Positions 1 through 9,917 of a stretch of 64,000 nucleotides of DNA are shown here, in pieces. Both the position numbers and the translations under genes were made by a program. Every line of letters begins with the position of its first letter. The first letter of the stretch is position 1. The stretch comes from an uncultured Bacilli bacterium. GTDB lineage: Bacteria > Bacillota_I > Bacilli_A > RF39 > UBA660. Location of the stretch: assembly GCA_934089275.1 (NCBI GenBank), contig CAKOJJ010000002.1, positions 10,732 through 74,731 of the forward strand. The letters run 5' to 3'. The notes beneath the pieces are model-generated. The model was not told the origin of the DNA. It saw nothing but the letters and a program-made list of their open reading frames with translations, and did not search any database.

Positions 1-242
1 GCAGTAAATGAAATTGTAACATTTTTTAGTTCTTCACTTAATTTTTGGCACTCTTTAATTTTGGCCTCTTCATCTCTTTCTCTTTCTTCTAAAGTTCTAT
101 CAAGTTTCTTTTTATTTCCTTCATTACAAGGAACAGCAAGTCCAAGTTTTATCAAGTAATTTTGAGCATATCCATCACTTACATTGATTATCTCATCCTT
201 TTTTCCTTGTTTCTTTACATCTTTAAGTAATATAACTTTCAT
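1..242 (-). CDS. rplI: 50S ribosomal protein L9, N-terminal part (gene continues beyond the left edge)
   Basis: Not in the ORF track because there is no stop in the window. The reverse complement from the ATG at 240-242 reads [47 protein letters not shown], the canonical L9 N-terminal domain. Confidence 0.85.
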   Translation of the reverse strand, partial: MKVILLKDVKKQGKKDEIINVSDGYAQNYLIKLGLAVPCNEGNKKKLDRTLEERERDEEAKIKECQKLSEELKNVTISFT

Positions 243-292
243 ACTATCACTTCCATCTTTTAATATTATATCAAATTATTATGAATTTTTCA

Positions 293-943
293 TTAACAAT
301 CCTTTTTAGAGAATCTCAAATGATATTCAGTATCTTGATATTTAAAATCACTTTTATATAAATAATCTATCTTTTGCATTTCATCTTCATAATAGTTTGC
401 CATAGTTTCATTATTTACTTTTATATATATGGAGTGCAAATATATATAAGCTTTGTTAATTCGTTTTGAACCAATTTCTATATATTCCAAAAAAGATTCT
501 CTAGCATTAAAATAATCACCCATTTTATATAAGGCCTTAGCTTTATAGTATAAAATATCTGGCATTTTTGTTATTGAATATGCATAACTTGCGTACATAT
601 ATGCCGAAACATAATCTCCATTTTGTATTTCTTTCGGAATTCTCCAAACTGCATCTTCGTATACTTCTTTTTGATATTCACTGAAAAAGTATACTCTTTG
701 TTCATTTTTTATTTCATTTTCAATTATTCTTTTTTCCGTTTCTCCAGGAATACTTAAATTAACTAAAATATCATACACCTGAAAATGATATCCAAGTTTA
801 GCAAGTGTAAGTAAGACTGGATATAACTCTTTAGTTTCATGTTTTTCTTCCATAAGTGTATATATACAATCAAAAACATCTGTATAACGCTTTTGTGATA
901 AAAGTTCATTAATTTGATCCATACAATCACCTCTAATGTGCAA
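293..943 (-). CDS. hypothetical helical-repeat (TPR-like) protein, paralog of the next ORF
   Basis: 216-aa ORF. C-terminal half YKAKALYKMGDYFNARESFLEYIEIGSKRINKAYIYL aligns with YEGKGFYKCHNYVEAEKTLLKYVELGSVKTPKAYLYL of ORF 992..1663. Confidence 0.5.
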   Translation of the reverse strand: MHIRGDCMDQINELLSQKRYTDVFDCIYTLMEEKHETKELYPVLLTLAKLGYHFQVYDILVNLSIPGETEKRIIENEIKNEQRVYFFSEYQKEVYEDAVWRIPKEIQNGDYVSAYMYASYAYSITKMPDILYYKAKALYKMGDYFNARESFLEYIEIGSKRINKAYIYLHSIYIKVNNETMANYYEDEMQKIDYLYKSDFKYQDTEYHLRFSKKDC

Positions 944-991
944 GTTATTATATCATACCTAAAATGGAGAAACAAATCGAATAATTGAATA

Positions 992-1663
992 CTAAACAAT
1001 AAATTTATTAAGTTGAATATGGCATTTCTTTCTATCTATACCACTATTTATAAAGTCATAAAAATAGTATGGATTACTATAAACAACGTTAACCTCTTCA
1101 ACTTTTTTCTTATATTTAAGATATCTAGGTTTATCTTTTCTTAATTTAAATATTTGAGCTAGATATAAATAAGCTTTAGGAGTTTTTACACTTCCCAATT
1201 CTACATATTTTAATAAAGTTTTTTCAGCTTCAACATAATTATGACATTTATAGAAACCTTTTCCTTCATAATAAAGAAAAATTGGCAACCTACTTACATA
1301 ATATCCCCATTCACATAAATCATAGACTAAATCATATTCATGACGATCGAAAGCCTCTCTAATCATTTCAATACATCTATCAGCTATATCTTTTTGTTCT
1401 TCAGTTAAACTTTCTTTCATCTCATATTCTGAGATAGAATTATTAATTATCTTTTTTAAATCAACATCACTTCTAGGATTATATGTATCTCTTAATATTT
1501 CTTTTACTTCAGTAGCATAACCCACATTTGCTAAAACTAAAAGAGATGAGTAGAAAGTTTTACGATCACTTATAATACCTTTTGAAAATTTTTGTAATAA
1601 ATTTATTGCTTCGTCATACTTTTCATTTTCGATAGCTATTCTTAATGAATACCAATTATCCAT
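992..1663 (-). CDS. hypothetical helical-repeat (TPR-like) protein, tandem paralog
   Basis: 223-aa ORF with the same architecture and shared motifs as ORF 293..943. No specific family recognised. Confidence 0.5.
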   Translation of the reverse strand: MDNWYSLRIAIENEKYDEAINLLQKFSKGIISDRKTFYSSLLVLANVGYATEVKEILRDTYNPRSDVDLKKIINNSISEYEMKESLTEEQKDIADRCIEMIREAFDRHEYDLVYDLCEWGYYVSRLPIFLYYEGKGFYKCHNYVEAEKTLLKYVELGSVKTPKAYLYLAQIFKLRKDKPRYLKYKKKVEEVNVVYSNPYYFYDFINSGIDRKKCHIQLNKFIV

Positions 1664-1720
1664 AGTATCCCTCCTTAATGACTCATATTATATCATAAAA
1701 AAAAGAAACTTGCGTTTCTC

Positions 1721-1945
1721 TTATTTAACAAATGGTATTAAAGCCATAAATCTTGCTCTTTTAACTTGTTGAGCAATATGTCTTTGATGTTTAGCACAAG
1801 CTCCAGTCATACGTCTAGGCATAATTTTACCTTTTTCATTAATGTATTTTGAAACGATTGCTACATCTTTATAATCAACGCTTTTACCAGCGCACATTTG
1901 ACAAACTTTTTTCTTTTTTCTAAAAAATTCAGCCATTTTATTCAT
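1721..1945 (-). CDS. rpsR: 30S ribosomal protein S18
   Basis: KKVCQMC...IMPRRMTGACAKHQRHIAQQVKRARFMALIPF is typical S18. The position after ssb fits. The true start is probably the second ATG (MAEFF, 1936), which has better spacing from GAAAGGA. Confidence 0.9.
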   Translation of the reverse strand: MNKMAEFFRKKKKVCQMCAGKSVDYKDVAIVSKYINEKGKIMPRRMTGACAKHQRHIAQQVKRARFMALIPFVK

Positions 1946-1951
1946 TCCTTT

Positions 1952-2404
1952 CTAAAATGGTAAATCGTCATCGCTTAAAACTACTTCTGAACCAAAATCT
2001 TTAAAAGGATCTTCTTCAAGGTTAGCAGGAGTACTTGATGATTCACCAGCATTATTCATATTATAATTTACGGAATTATCAGCACTAGCTCCTTTTGAAC
2101 TTAAGAATCTAACATTGTCAGCTACAACTTCTGTAACGTATCTCTTTGTACCATCTTGAGCATCATAGCTTCTAGAAGTAATTCTTCCAATAACAGCTAC
2201 CATACTCCCTTTAGAACAATATTTACATACATTTTCAGCTTGGTTTCTCCATACAACGATATTAATAAAGTCTGTATGAGGTTCTCCATTTGCACCTGGT
2301 CTTCCATCAACTGCTAAACTAAAAGTTGTTGTGGAAATACCTGTACCAGTTGTTCTAAGTTCTGGATCTCTTGTTAATCTTCCAACTAAGCATACATTAT
2401 TCAT
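1952..2404 (-). CDS. ssb: single-stranded DNA-binding protein (chromosomal)
   Basis: OB-fold N-terminus MNNVCLVGRLTRDPELR, a Gly/Asn/Ser-rich linker and the acidic tip DDDLPF. It lies between rpsF and rpsR. Confidence 0.92.
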   Translation of the reverse strand: MNNVCLVGRLTRDPELRTTGTGISTTTFSLAVDGRPGANGEPHTDFINIVVWRNQAENVCKYCSKGSMVAVIGRITSRSYDAQDGTKRYVTEVVADNVRFLSSKGASADNSVNYNMNNAGESSSTPANLEEDPFKDFGSEVVLSDDDLPF

Positions 2405-2409
2405 ATATC

Positions 2410-2700
2410 TTACTCCTCGTCTAATCTGATAATCATATGTCTAAGAACGTTTTCATTAATTCTAGCCTTACGATCTAATTCAGAAACAATTTCATTTGTT
2501 GCATTAAAATCAACTACAAAGTAAAAACCAGTAATTTCTTTATTGATTGAGTAAGCAAGTTTTTTATTACCTAAATCTTTAGAATCAGTAACTTCACCTT
2601 TCATAGATGTGATAACTGATTTTAAATCTTCAGCAATTTTCTTAGCTGCGTCTTCTTCAACAGTAGTTTTTACTATGAACATCATTTCATATTTGTTCAT
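2410..2700 (-). CDS. rpsF: 30S ribosomal protein S6
   Basis: MNKYEMMFIV...; 96 aa; first gene of the rpsF-ssb-rpsR operon. Confidence 0.9.
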   Translation of the reverse strand: MNKYEMMFIVKTTVEEDAAKKIAEDLKSVITSMKGEVTDSKDLGNKKLAYSINKEITGFYFVVDFNATNEIVSELDRKARINENVLRHMIIRLDEE

Positions 2701-2764
2701 ACTACACCTCCTTATGGTCTATTTGGCTTCAATTAAGAAGCAAGGAGCCTTCAAGCTCACGAGT
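2701..2764 (-). ncRNA. rpsF 5' leader, possible S6:S18 autoregulatory element
   Basis: 64-nt untranslated leader between the promoter and the RBS. It contains the hairpin GAGC-TTGAAG-GCTC. An rpsF leader bound by S6:S18 is described in Firmicutes, but the structural match was not verified here. Confidence 0.3.
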
Positions 2765-2793
2765 ATTATAGCAAAATCACTTTCTTTTGTAAA
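2765..2793 (-). promoter_or_regulatory. sigma-A type promoter of the rpsF operon
   Basis: Minus strand reads TTTACA-17 nt-TATAAT (-35 at 2788-2793, -10 at 2765-2770). Confidence 0.6.
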
Positions 2794-2820
2794 CAATATA
2801 TGAAAAAAAGATATAATTTA

Positions 2821-3921
2821 TTAAACATTAAATCTAAAATAAACTATATCTCCATCTTGCATTAAATAATCTTTTCCTTCAAGTCTAACTCGACCTGCTT
2901 CTTTTACTTTAATTTCACTTCCATAATTTTTGAAATCATCAAAACTCATTACTTCAGCTTTAATAAATCCTCTTTCAAAATCAGTATGAATTAATCCAGC
3001 ACAGCTTGGTGCTTTCATTCCCTTTTTAAATGTCCATGCACGACATTCATCAGTACCACTTGTAAAGAATGTTGCAAGACCAAGTAAATCATATGTTGCA
3101 AATATTAATTTATCAAGACCACTAGAAGTTATTCCAAGTTCACTCATGAATTCGTTTTTTTCTTCATCCTCAAGTGGAGCAAGATCTTCTTCAATCTTAG
3201 CGCACATTACGATTACTCCGGCATTTTCTTGACCAGCATATTCACGAACTTTTTCAGTGTACTCATTTTTTCCAACAGCTACATCTTCTTCATTTACATT
3301 AGCAACATAAATAATTGGTTTTGCTGTAATGAAAGAAAAATTTTTCAACACTTGTTTTTCAGCATCATCAAATTCAACTCTTCTTAAAGGTATATTTTTT
3401 TCTAAAGCCTCCATTGATTTTTTCAAAGTGTTTATTTCCAAAAGTTCATTTTTATCTTTAGTCATACTAGCTTTTTTACCAATTTTATTTAAACGATTAT
3501 TAATTATCTCTAAATCAGCAAGTATTAATTCTACATTGATTATTTCAATATCTCTTATTGGATCAACGTTTCCTTCAACATGAGTTATATCTTTATTCTC
3601 AAAACATCTAACAACTTCAACTATAGCATCTGTTTCTCTAATATGACTTAAAAATTTATTTCCAAGACCTTCGCCACTAGATGCGCCTTTAACAAGACCA
3701 GCTATGTCAATAAATTCATATGAAGTTGGTACAACACTTTTTGGTTTATAATATTCAACTAAATAGTCAAGTCTTGTATCAGGTACAGTAACAACTCCAA
3801 CATTTGGTTCAATTGTAGCAAAAGGATAATTTGCAGCAAGTGCACCTGCCTTAGTTATTGCATTAAATAAAGTTGATTTTCCAACGTTTGGTAATCCTAC
3901 TATTCCAGCTTTTAAAGCCAT
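2821..3921 (-). CDS. ychF: ribosome-binding ATPase YchF
   Basis: N-terminal P-loop GIVGLPNVGKSTLFNA; 366 aa; C-terminal TGS-like end IVYFRFNV. The ychF-rpsF synteny is conserved. Confidence 0.92.
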   Translation of the reverse strand: MALKAGIVGLPNVGKSTLFNAITKAGALAANYPFATIEPNVGVVTVPDTRLDYLVEYYKPKSVVPTSYEFIDIAGLVKGASSGEGLGNKFLSHIRETDAIVEVVRCFENKDITHVEGNVDPIRDIEIINVELILADLEIINNRLNKIGKKASMTKDKNELLEINTLKKSMEALEKNIPLRRVEFDDAEKQVLKNFSFITAKPIIYVANVNEEDVAVGKNEYTEKVREYAGQENAGVIVMCAKIEEDLAPLEDEEKNEFMSELGITSSGLDKLIFATYDLLGLATFFTSGTDECRAWTFKKGMKAPSCAGLIHTDFERGFIKAEVMSFDDFKNYGSEIKVKEAGRVRLEGKDYLMQDGDIVYFRFNV

Positions 3922-3971
3922 GTTATCACATCCAATTCACAAAGTATTATATCAAGAATAAAGACAAAATA

Positions 3972-3993
3972 AAAGGATTAAAACTAATCCTTT
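3972..3993 (-). terminator. rho-independent terminator after the HtrA-like gene
   Basis: AAAGGATTA-aaac-TAATCCTTT hairpin overlapping the stop codon, followed on the minus strand by TTTTATTTTG. Confidence 0.55.
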
Positions 3994-5120
3994 AATGTAA
4001 CTTCAACAGTTTTCTCTTTACCGTCTCTAATATAAGTTATTTTAACTTTATCTCCAACTCTATAACGGTAAAGATAATATTTCAAATATTTATAATCTTT
4101 AATTTTGTAATCATCTAATTTAACAATTACGTCACCTTTTTTAAGTTTTGCAGCAGAGGCAGTTGAATTACTTGATACATCAACAACAACAGCACCACTT
4201 GTAATACTAGAACTTATTTCTACTCCATTATATTCTGCACCATCAACAGAAGTCATCGTAACTCCTAAAACAGGTCTTGTTACTTTTCCGTTGTTTTCTA
4301 AATACTCTGCAACTGATAAAGCATCTTCAATTGGTATTGCAAATCCCATATTTTCAATAGATGTTCCACTTAATGTAGATGATGATAATTTACTATTTGT
4401 AATTCCGATTACTTCACCATTTGAGTTAGCAAGTGGACCACCTGAATTACCAGAGTTTATTGAAGCATCGATTTGTAATAAATTCATATACCATGAATCT
4501 CCACTTTGTCCATAATAACTTTTCTTAGAAGATGAACTCATTTCTACCATACGATTTTTTCCACTAAGAATTCCACGAGTTACTGTGAATGAATATTCAA
4601 GACTTACTGGAGTTCCAATAGCGAATATTGTATCTCCTACTAATACATCTTCACTTTTACCAATTTCAGCAACTGCTATAACTTTATCTTTTGGAATTTT
4701 AACAACTGCAACGTCAGCATATTCGTCGCTTCCAACAAGTTCTCCAGTTACTTCAGTTTCATTAGATAATACTATTTTTATACTTTTAGCACCATCTACA
4801 ACATGGTGATTAGTGAATATATAACCATATTTGTCATCAGTTTTATAAACAAAACCACTTCCCCAACCACTTAGTTTATCTTCACTAGTTCCAACTTCAA
4901 CAATAACAGATGCATCATATAATTTAGAAACAGCATCACTTATTCCTTTATCAGTAACTGTAACTTCTTTTTCAGTAACATATTTTACGTTTTTACTAAA
5001 AATTTCTTTTAATGGCACATAGTTAACAACTATATCTCCAATTGCAACAAGCACAAGTACGATAATACCTACAATTATTGCAACACTTAATCCTTTTCTT
5101 GATTTTTTATCTTCTTTCAT
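3984..5120 (-). CDS. membrane-anchored HtrA/DegP-family serine protease with C-terminal PDZ domain
   Basis: N-terminal TM helix. Catalytic motifs TNHHVV, DVAVVKI and GNSGGPL. PDZ-like tail. Confidence 0.85.
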   Translation of the reverse strand: MKEDKKSRKGLSVAIIVGIIVLVLVAIGDIVVNYVPLKEIFSKNVKYVTEKEVTVTDKGISDAVSKLYDASVIVEVGTSEDKLSGWGSGFVYKTDDKYGYIFTNHHVVDGAKSIKIVLSNETEVTGELVGSDEYADVAVVKIPKDKVIAVAEIGKSEDVLVGDTIFAIGTPVSLEYSFTVTRGILSGKNRMVEMSSSSKKSYYGQSGDSWYMNLLQIDASINSGNSGGPLANSNGEVIGITNSKLSSSTLSGTSIENMGFAIPIEDALSVAEYLENNGKVTRPVLGVTMTSVDGAEYNGVEISSSITSGAVVVDVSSNSTASAAKLKKGDVIVKLDDYKIKDYKYLKYYLYRYRVGDKVKITYIRDGKEKTVEVTLKD

Positions 5121-5131
5121 AGAAGACCCTC

Positions 5132-6076
5132 CTATTCCATATCTAAAAGTGATTTATAATTTATTGGAAATCCCATTTTCGCAAGAACTTTATCTATTGA
5201 TACTACTTTTAATTTTCCAGATAAAGCATCTATTTCATAAGATAACTCAGCCATTAACAGCCTAAAATCATCCTTTGACAATAAATATTTAAAAATAATA
5301 ACTACAGAAAATAAATCTCCTTTACCATATATATATTCATCATTTATCTTTGGAATATTCAAACTATCATGATAAATATTATCTGGTATAACTTTTTGAG
5401 TTCGATGTTCAAAAAGAATATCTTCATGAGCACATAAATTACGATAATTGGATAATATTGGTAAAAACTGCAATAGATTTTCTGGTTCAACATCATAATA
5501 CTTAGCTATTTCTCTTTGATCATTTGGTTTTAATATTGTATATAATTCACTAGTGATACCAAATGATAAAACTTTAACTACTACCCAAAGAGGTATATAA
5601 CCATAGTTGTTGATGTAATGCTTTGTTGCTTCGTGTTGACCTCCATTTACTCTAATTTGGCGTTTCATCTTTTTTAATAGGTCATTTACCTGTCTTACTT
5701 TATCAGGTGCTTGATTATAGTTTATATTTCTTAAATAATCACTTTCTTTATAACCATATTTTTGAGATAAAACATATGAAAATATACTTTTAGTATTATT
5801 TTCAATAATTAAGATATTTTTAAACATTATATTTCTTAATTGTCTATCAAAATAGAATAAAGAATATAATTCTTTAAAAGTAGTTCCTTCTAAAAATAAC
5901 TTAGGATTATCATTTCTCATAAATAAATGACGATATCCCATCAAGAAAAAATAATTTTCTCTTAATATAATATTTTTAGTGTAATCAATATCATCAATTA
6001 CTAAACCTTTACCTTTTAATATCTCAATTTGTTCATCTAGAGTTTTAAATGTTTTTGCACCCATATTTTTATCCAC
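5132..6076 (-). CDS. Abi_2 (AbiD/AbiF-like) abortive-infection family protein
   Basis: N-terminus TLDEQIEILKGKGLVIDD...ILRENYFFLMGY matches the characteristic Abi_2 family opening. 314 aa. Confidence 0.8.
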   Translation of the reverse strand: MDKNMGAKTFKTLDEQIEILKGKGLVIDDIDYTKNIILRENYFFLMGYRHLFMRNDNPKLFLEGTTFKELYSLFYFDRQLRNIMFKNILIIENNTKSIFSYVLSQKYGYKESDYLRNINYNQAPDKVRQVNDLLKKMKRQIRVNGGQHEATKHYINNYGYIPLWVVVKVLSFGITSELYTILKPNDQREIAKYYDVEPENLLQFLPILSNYRNLCAHEDILFEHRTQKVIPDNIYHDSLNIPKINDEYIYGKGDLFSVVIIFKYLLSKDDFRLLMAELSYEIDALSGKLKVVSIDKVLAKMGFPINYKSLLDME

Positions 6077-6148
6077 CTATTATATATTCTATCACATCCA
6101 ACAAATAAAATATATAACTTAATTATGAATATATTATGAAAAAAAATG

Positions 6149-6535
6149 CTATGCAGCATTTTTATTTTCATTAATTAAAGTTAATTTCTTTGCTTGTTCT
6201 TCTTGTAAAGATATAACATTGTTACTTGGGAATTCAACAACTTTACCATCTTCTTCAAGAGCCTTAATATTCTCATCAATTGTAGCTATTAAATATTGTT
6301 TATACGCTGATAAACGAACAGCTATCTCTCTTAATCTTCTTAAAGTAGCAATTACTTGTCTTCGTTCTTCCGAAGTAGTAATCTCTTGAGTAGAATCAAT
6401 AATTTTATCCAACAAGCCATTACATTTAATACATAACTTATCAAAAACACTTGAATTTTGTCTAGTGACTAATTTTTCTAAAACTAGATTAATTGAATCA
6501 AGCTCTGTGTTAAACATACTAATTTTTTCTGACAT
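6149..6535 (-). CDS. hypothetical coiled-coil protein
   Basis: 128-aa ORF with no recognised motif. Confidence 0.45.
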   Translation of the reverse strand: MSEKISMFNTELDSINLVLEKLVTRQNSSVFDKLCIKCNGLLDKIIDSTQEITTSEERRQVIATLRRLREIAVRLSAYKQYLIATIDENIKALEEDGKVVEFPSNNVISLQEEQAKKLTLINENKNAA

Positions 6536-6617
6536 AATCCCACTCTCCTACTAAGATTATACCAAAAATGTAAATTTACAATTCATTTAATTACTATGTT
6601 TACAATACGTTTTACAA

Positions 6618-7073
6618 TTAATATCCTAAAGTCTTAATTACCTTTTCAACTTCATTATTCTTATCTCTAGGAGCTTTAATAAGAATATATGAATCACTTA
6701 TCCAAGATATATAATAAATCTTTTCATCAGTTTTTAACATAAGACTTGTCCATGTTTTTCCACTGGTAATCTTTTTTTCATAGTTTTCTCCTATTTCACT
6801 GAAAATATTTTGGTATTCATCAATGAATATTCCTTCAACATCGTATTTCTTTTTTCCTTTAAGAAAAAAGACACTTACTTCATCCTTATATGCATTATAC
6901 GCTGACACAGCATAATCATAGTTGCTTAGAACATCTTTTATCGAATAATTCATCTCTGTCATTTTAGATGAAAAAGCATCTCCAGTAATACTACTTTTAC
7001 TTCCACAACCAACTAAAAGAAAACTAAATAATAAAATAGCAACAATTTTAATCTTTTTCATAATTATCAACAA
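6618..7073 (-). CDS. lipoprotein, function unknown
   Basis: Signal peptide with lipobox LLVGC-GS. The likely start is MKKIKIV at 7061. Confidence 0.6.
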   Translation of the reverse strand: MLIIMKKIKIVAILLFSFLLVGCGSKSSITGDAFSSKMTEMNYSIKDVLSNYDYAVSAYNAYKDEVSVFFLKGKKKYDVEGIFIDEYQNIFSEIGENYEKKITSGKTWTSLMLKTDEKIYYISWISDSYILIKAPRDKNNEVEKVIKTLGY

Positions 7074-7899
7074 TCTTTCTATTTATACAATCATATGTAT
7101 CTACAATGGCAATAAAAGCATGATCATCTATAAGTTTTATGCCTTCTTTTAACTTGAAATAATCATTGGATGATATAACGGATAATAATATCTTGCTACT
7201 TTTCTTACTATATCCACCTGTTACATCTAAAGTAGTTAATTTATAATGTAAATCATTAACAATATAATTTCTTACTTCTTGTTCCTTTTGAGTTATAACA
7301 TAAAACATTTTATAATCATTTATACCAAATTCAGCCTTTGTTATTAAATAACGAATAATTATTATCATTATTAAAGAATATAATCCAACATTTAAACTTA
7401 TAAAGATCACCGTTAATATTACATTAAATACATCAATAGCTAATGAATAGCTTTTAGAATGTACATTAGTTAATGAAGAAAATATATCTTCTATAATAAA
7501 TATAACAGATGCTTTATAACCAGCTTTAAATATAAAACTATAACCAATGCCAATTAAAAACGAAGCAACAAGAATACTTATCATCATTTCTGGTAGTTGT
7601 ATTGGATAATACTCACTTATAAAACTTGTTAAATATGAAATTATAGGTATTAATATAGCTGGCAATATATATAATTTAATAGTTTTTTTATCAACAAATA
7701 TTAAAGAAAAAAGCAAAATAATTATATTAAGAATTAACATATTTATATATACATTAGATGTAAAAATGTAACTAAATAAACATGCTAAGCCATCACTTCC
7801 AATGCTAATTAATTGATTCGGTAATACAAAATAATTAAATCCTAAAGATATAATAATGCATCCCACTAATATATTAAATATTCTAATAATTTTATCCAT
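7048..7899 (-). CDS. YitT-family membrane protein (DUF2179 C-terminal domain)
   Basis: Polytopic N-terminal region with an IGSDGLA-type motif and a soluble C-terminal domain. 283 aa. Confidence 0.55.
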   Translation of the reverse strand: MDKIIRIFNILVGCIIISLGFNYFVLPNQLISIGSDGLACLFSYIFTSNVYINMLILNIIILLFSLIFVDKKTIKLYILPAILIPIISYLTSFISEYYPIQLPEMMISILVASFLIGIGYSFIFKAGYKASVIFIIEDIFSSLTNVHSKSYSLAIDVFNVILTVIFISLNVGLYSLIMIIIIRYLITKAEFGINDYKMFYVITQKEQEVRNYIVNDLHYKLTTLDVTGGYSKKSSKILLSVISSNDYFKLKEGIKLIDDHAFIAIVDTYDCINRKIVDNYEKD

Positions 7900-7902
7900 A
7901 AA

Positions 7903-8995
7903 TTACCTACTTTTCAATACACTTTCAATGATTGGGCCAATGTCACCATCCAAGATTTTTGTCGGATTATTGGATTCATAGCCACTTCGTAAATCTTTTA
8001 CTAAACTATAAGGTTCTAAAACGTAGTTACGAATTTGACTTCCAAAATCAATTGAACTATTTCCTTTTATAGAATTTAACATTTTATTTTGTTCATCCAT
8101 TTTAATTTTATATAATTTACTTTTTAAGATTTTCATAGCTGTTTCTTTATTTCTAATTTGACTACGTTCATTTTGAACAGTTACTACAATACCTGATGGA
8201 AAATGGGTTATTCTGACAGCCGAATCAGTTGTATTTACTCCTTGACCGCCATTTCCACTTGAACGATATACATCTACTCTTATGTCATCATCATTGATTT
8301 CAATATTAGCGTCTTCTATCTCCGGCGTAACGTTTACAGCTGCAAAGGAAGTGTGTCTTCGATGATTAGAATCAAATGGACTTATTCTAACCAATCTATG
8401 CACACCAATTTCACCTTTTAAATAGCCATAAGAATATATTTTTTTAACATAAATAGTAACACTTTTAATACCTGCATCATTCGCGTCCTGTTTATCAACT
8501 ATCTCATATGGAATATCATTTTTAGAAAAATACATTGTATACATTCTAAGAAGCATGTCTGCCCAATCTTGTGATTCAGTTCCACCAGCTCCTGGATGTA
8601 TTTCTAAATAACATCTATTTTTATCAAATTCTCCATTTAATAAAGTATTTAATTCTAAACTTTCAAGTGATGTTGACATTGAATTAATAAGGGAAACTAA
8701 TTCATTATAAAGTTCTAAATCACTTTCAACTGCAAGAAGTTCCAATGTTTGTTTTGCTTCCTCAATTTGTCTACTTAAAACGTTATAGTCTTCAATCTCT
8801 TTTTTCAAAACCGTTAAATTAGAATTAATTTCATTATATTTGTTTTGATCCGACCAAATTGAAGAATCATTTAATTTTTCTTCTAAAGCTTTTATCTCTT
8901 CATACTTTTTGTCGACGTCAAAGAGACCTCCCAATATCACTTAATTTATCTTCTAAATTTTTTAATTGTTCTTTTAAATCATTAAGATTATCCAT
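7903..8995 (-). CDS. prfB: peptide chain release factor 2, requires programmed +1 frameshift
   Basis: The ORF track frame (7903..8940) carries SPF and GGQ motifs. The upstream frame starts at ATG 8993-8995 (MDNLNDLKEQLKNLEDKLSDIGRSL) and ends at the in-frame TGA 8918-8920, in the context GGGAGG TCT CTT TGA C. This is the canonical RF2 frameshift site. Confidence 0.93.
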
Positions 8996-9917
8996 GTCTT
9001 CCTCCTCCTGAAGAATGTCCACCACCAGATGAACCGGTGCTATGTCCACCACCACCAGATGAACCTCCAGATGATGAACTAGTTTTATAACTACTTGTAT
9101 GACTTCTTAAAAATCTATCTTTCTTCACTGTATAATTTATTGAATTTTTGTCTAAATAATCAAATGCTGTTGTAGCTTTTTTTACCATCTTATTCTTACG
9201 AATTTGAACAGAAACAACAATTGATGAAACAATGATAGCTCCAATTATAGCAACTACATAAGGTGGATAAAAACCTTTAATAACATTTCCATATTCATCC
9301 AATGTATCATTTCGAACATCAAAAGGTTTTCCTTCATCATAATAACTACTTAATTTGTTGATGAATAATTCTATTCCACCCTTATAGTCTACTCCACCTT
9401 TAAAGTATGGGTATATATCATCCAAAATACTTTCTAGTCTTTCATAAGTAAAATAAAGTTGAGCATTTCCAAATGTATATATATTAAAATATGGATCACT
9501 TTCATAAGTATTTCTTAGTAATAAAACTCCTGAATAATATTCATCATCTAAACCAAAATCATTGTAATCATAAAAATCAGCCGCATAATTTTCATTAATC
9601 GAATCTGAACTATATTCTAAATCAACTGAAACAAAAACAATGTCAAATCCAGTTTTTTTAATAAATTTATCCATTTGCAATTTTAAATCAGTTTTATCAT
9701 CAGATGATAAAATATTTGAATAGTCATAGATTTTTTCTGATGCATCAACATAAGGAGTATCAATTGCACGATATATTCTACTCCAAGAAGACATATCCCA
9801 TTTTTTAGATACACCATAATTATTTGCCTTAATTCTCATTTTAGTTTCAGTAGCTGCAAAAACAAACGTTGGAAGAAGTAAGAAAAGACATATAATTAAA
9901 CATAATTTTCTTTTCAT
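8988..9917 (-). CDS. TPM-domain (YgcG-like) membrane protein with Gly/Ser-rich tail
   Basis: Signal peptide, TPM-like core (ILSSDDKTDLKLQMDKFIKKTGFDIVFVSV...GVLLLRN), one TM helix and the tail SSGGSSGGGGHSTGSSGGGHSSGGGRHG. The stop overlaps the prfB ATG (ATGGATAA). Confidence 0.65.
   Translation of the reverse strand: MKRKLCLIICLFLLLPTFVFAATETKMRIKANNYGVSKKWDMSSWSRIYRAIDTPYVDASEKIYDYSNILSSDDKTDLKLQMDKFIKKTGFDIVFVSVDLEYSSDSINENYAADFYDYNDFGLDDEYYSGVLLLRNTYESDPYFNIYTFGNAQLYFTYERLESILDDIYPYFKGGVDYKGGIELFINKLSSYYDEGKPFDVRNDTLDEYGNVIKGFYPPYVVAIIGAIIVSSIVVSVQIRKNKMVKKATTAFDYLDKNSINYTVKKDRFLRSHTSSYKTSSSSGGSSGGGGHSTGSSGGGHSSGGGRHG

Noticed and set aside
763-999. 78-aa minus-strand ORF overlapping ORF 293..943 in another frame
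   Set aside because: It is an alternative frame of the longer paralog-supported ORF and bridges the intergenic gap without an RBS.
2609-2803. 64-aa plus-strand ORF over the rpsF start and leader
   Set aside because: It overlaps rpsF and its promoter and leader on the opposite strand.
7903-8995. prfB as a frameshifted pseudogene
   Set aside because: The interruption is the canonical SD-CUU-UGA-C autoregulatory +1 frameshift site, and the SPF and GGQ motifs are intact.
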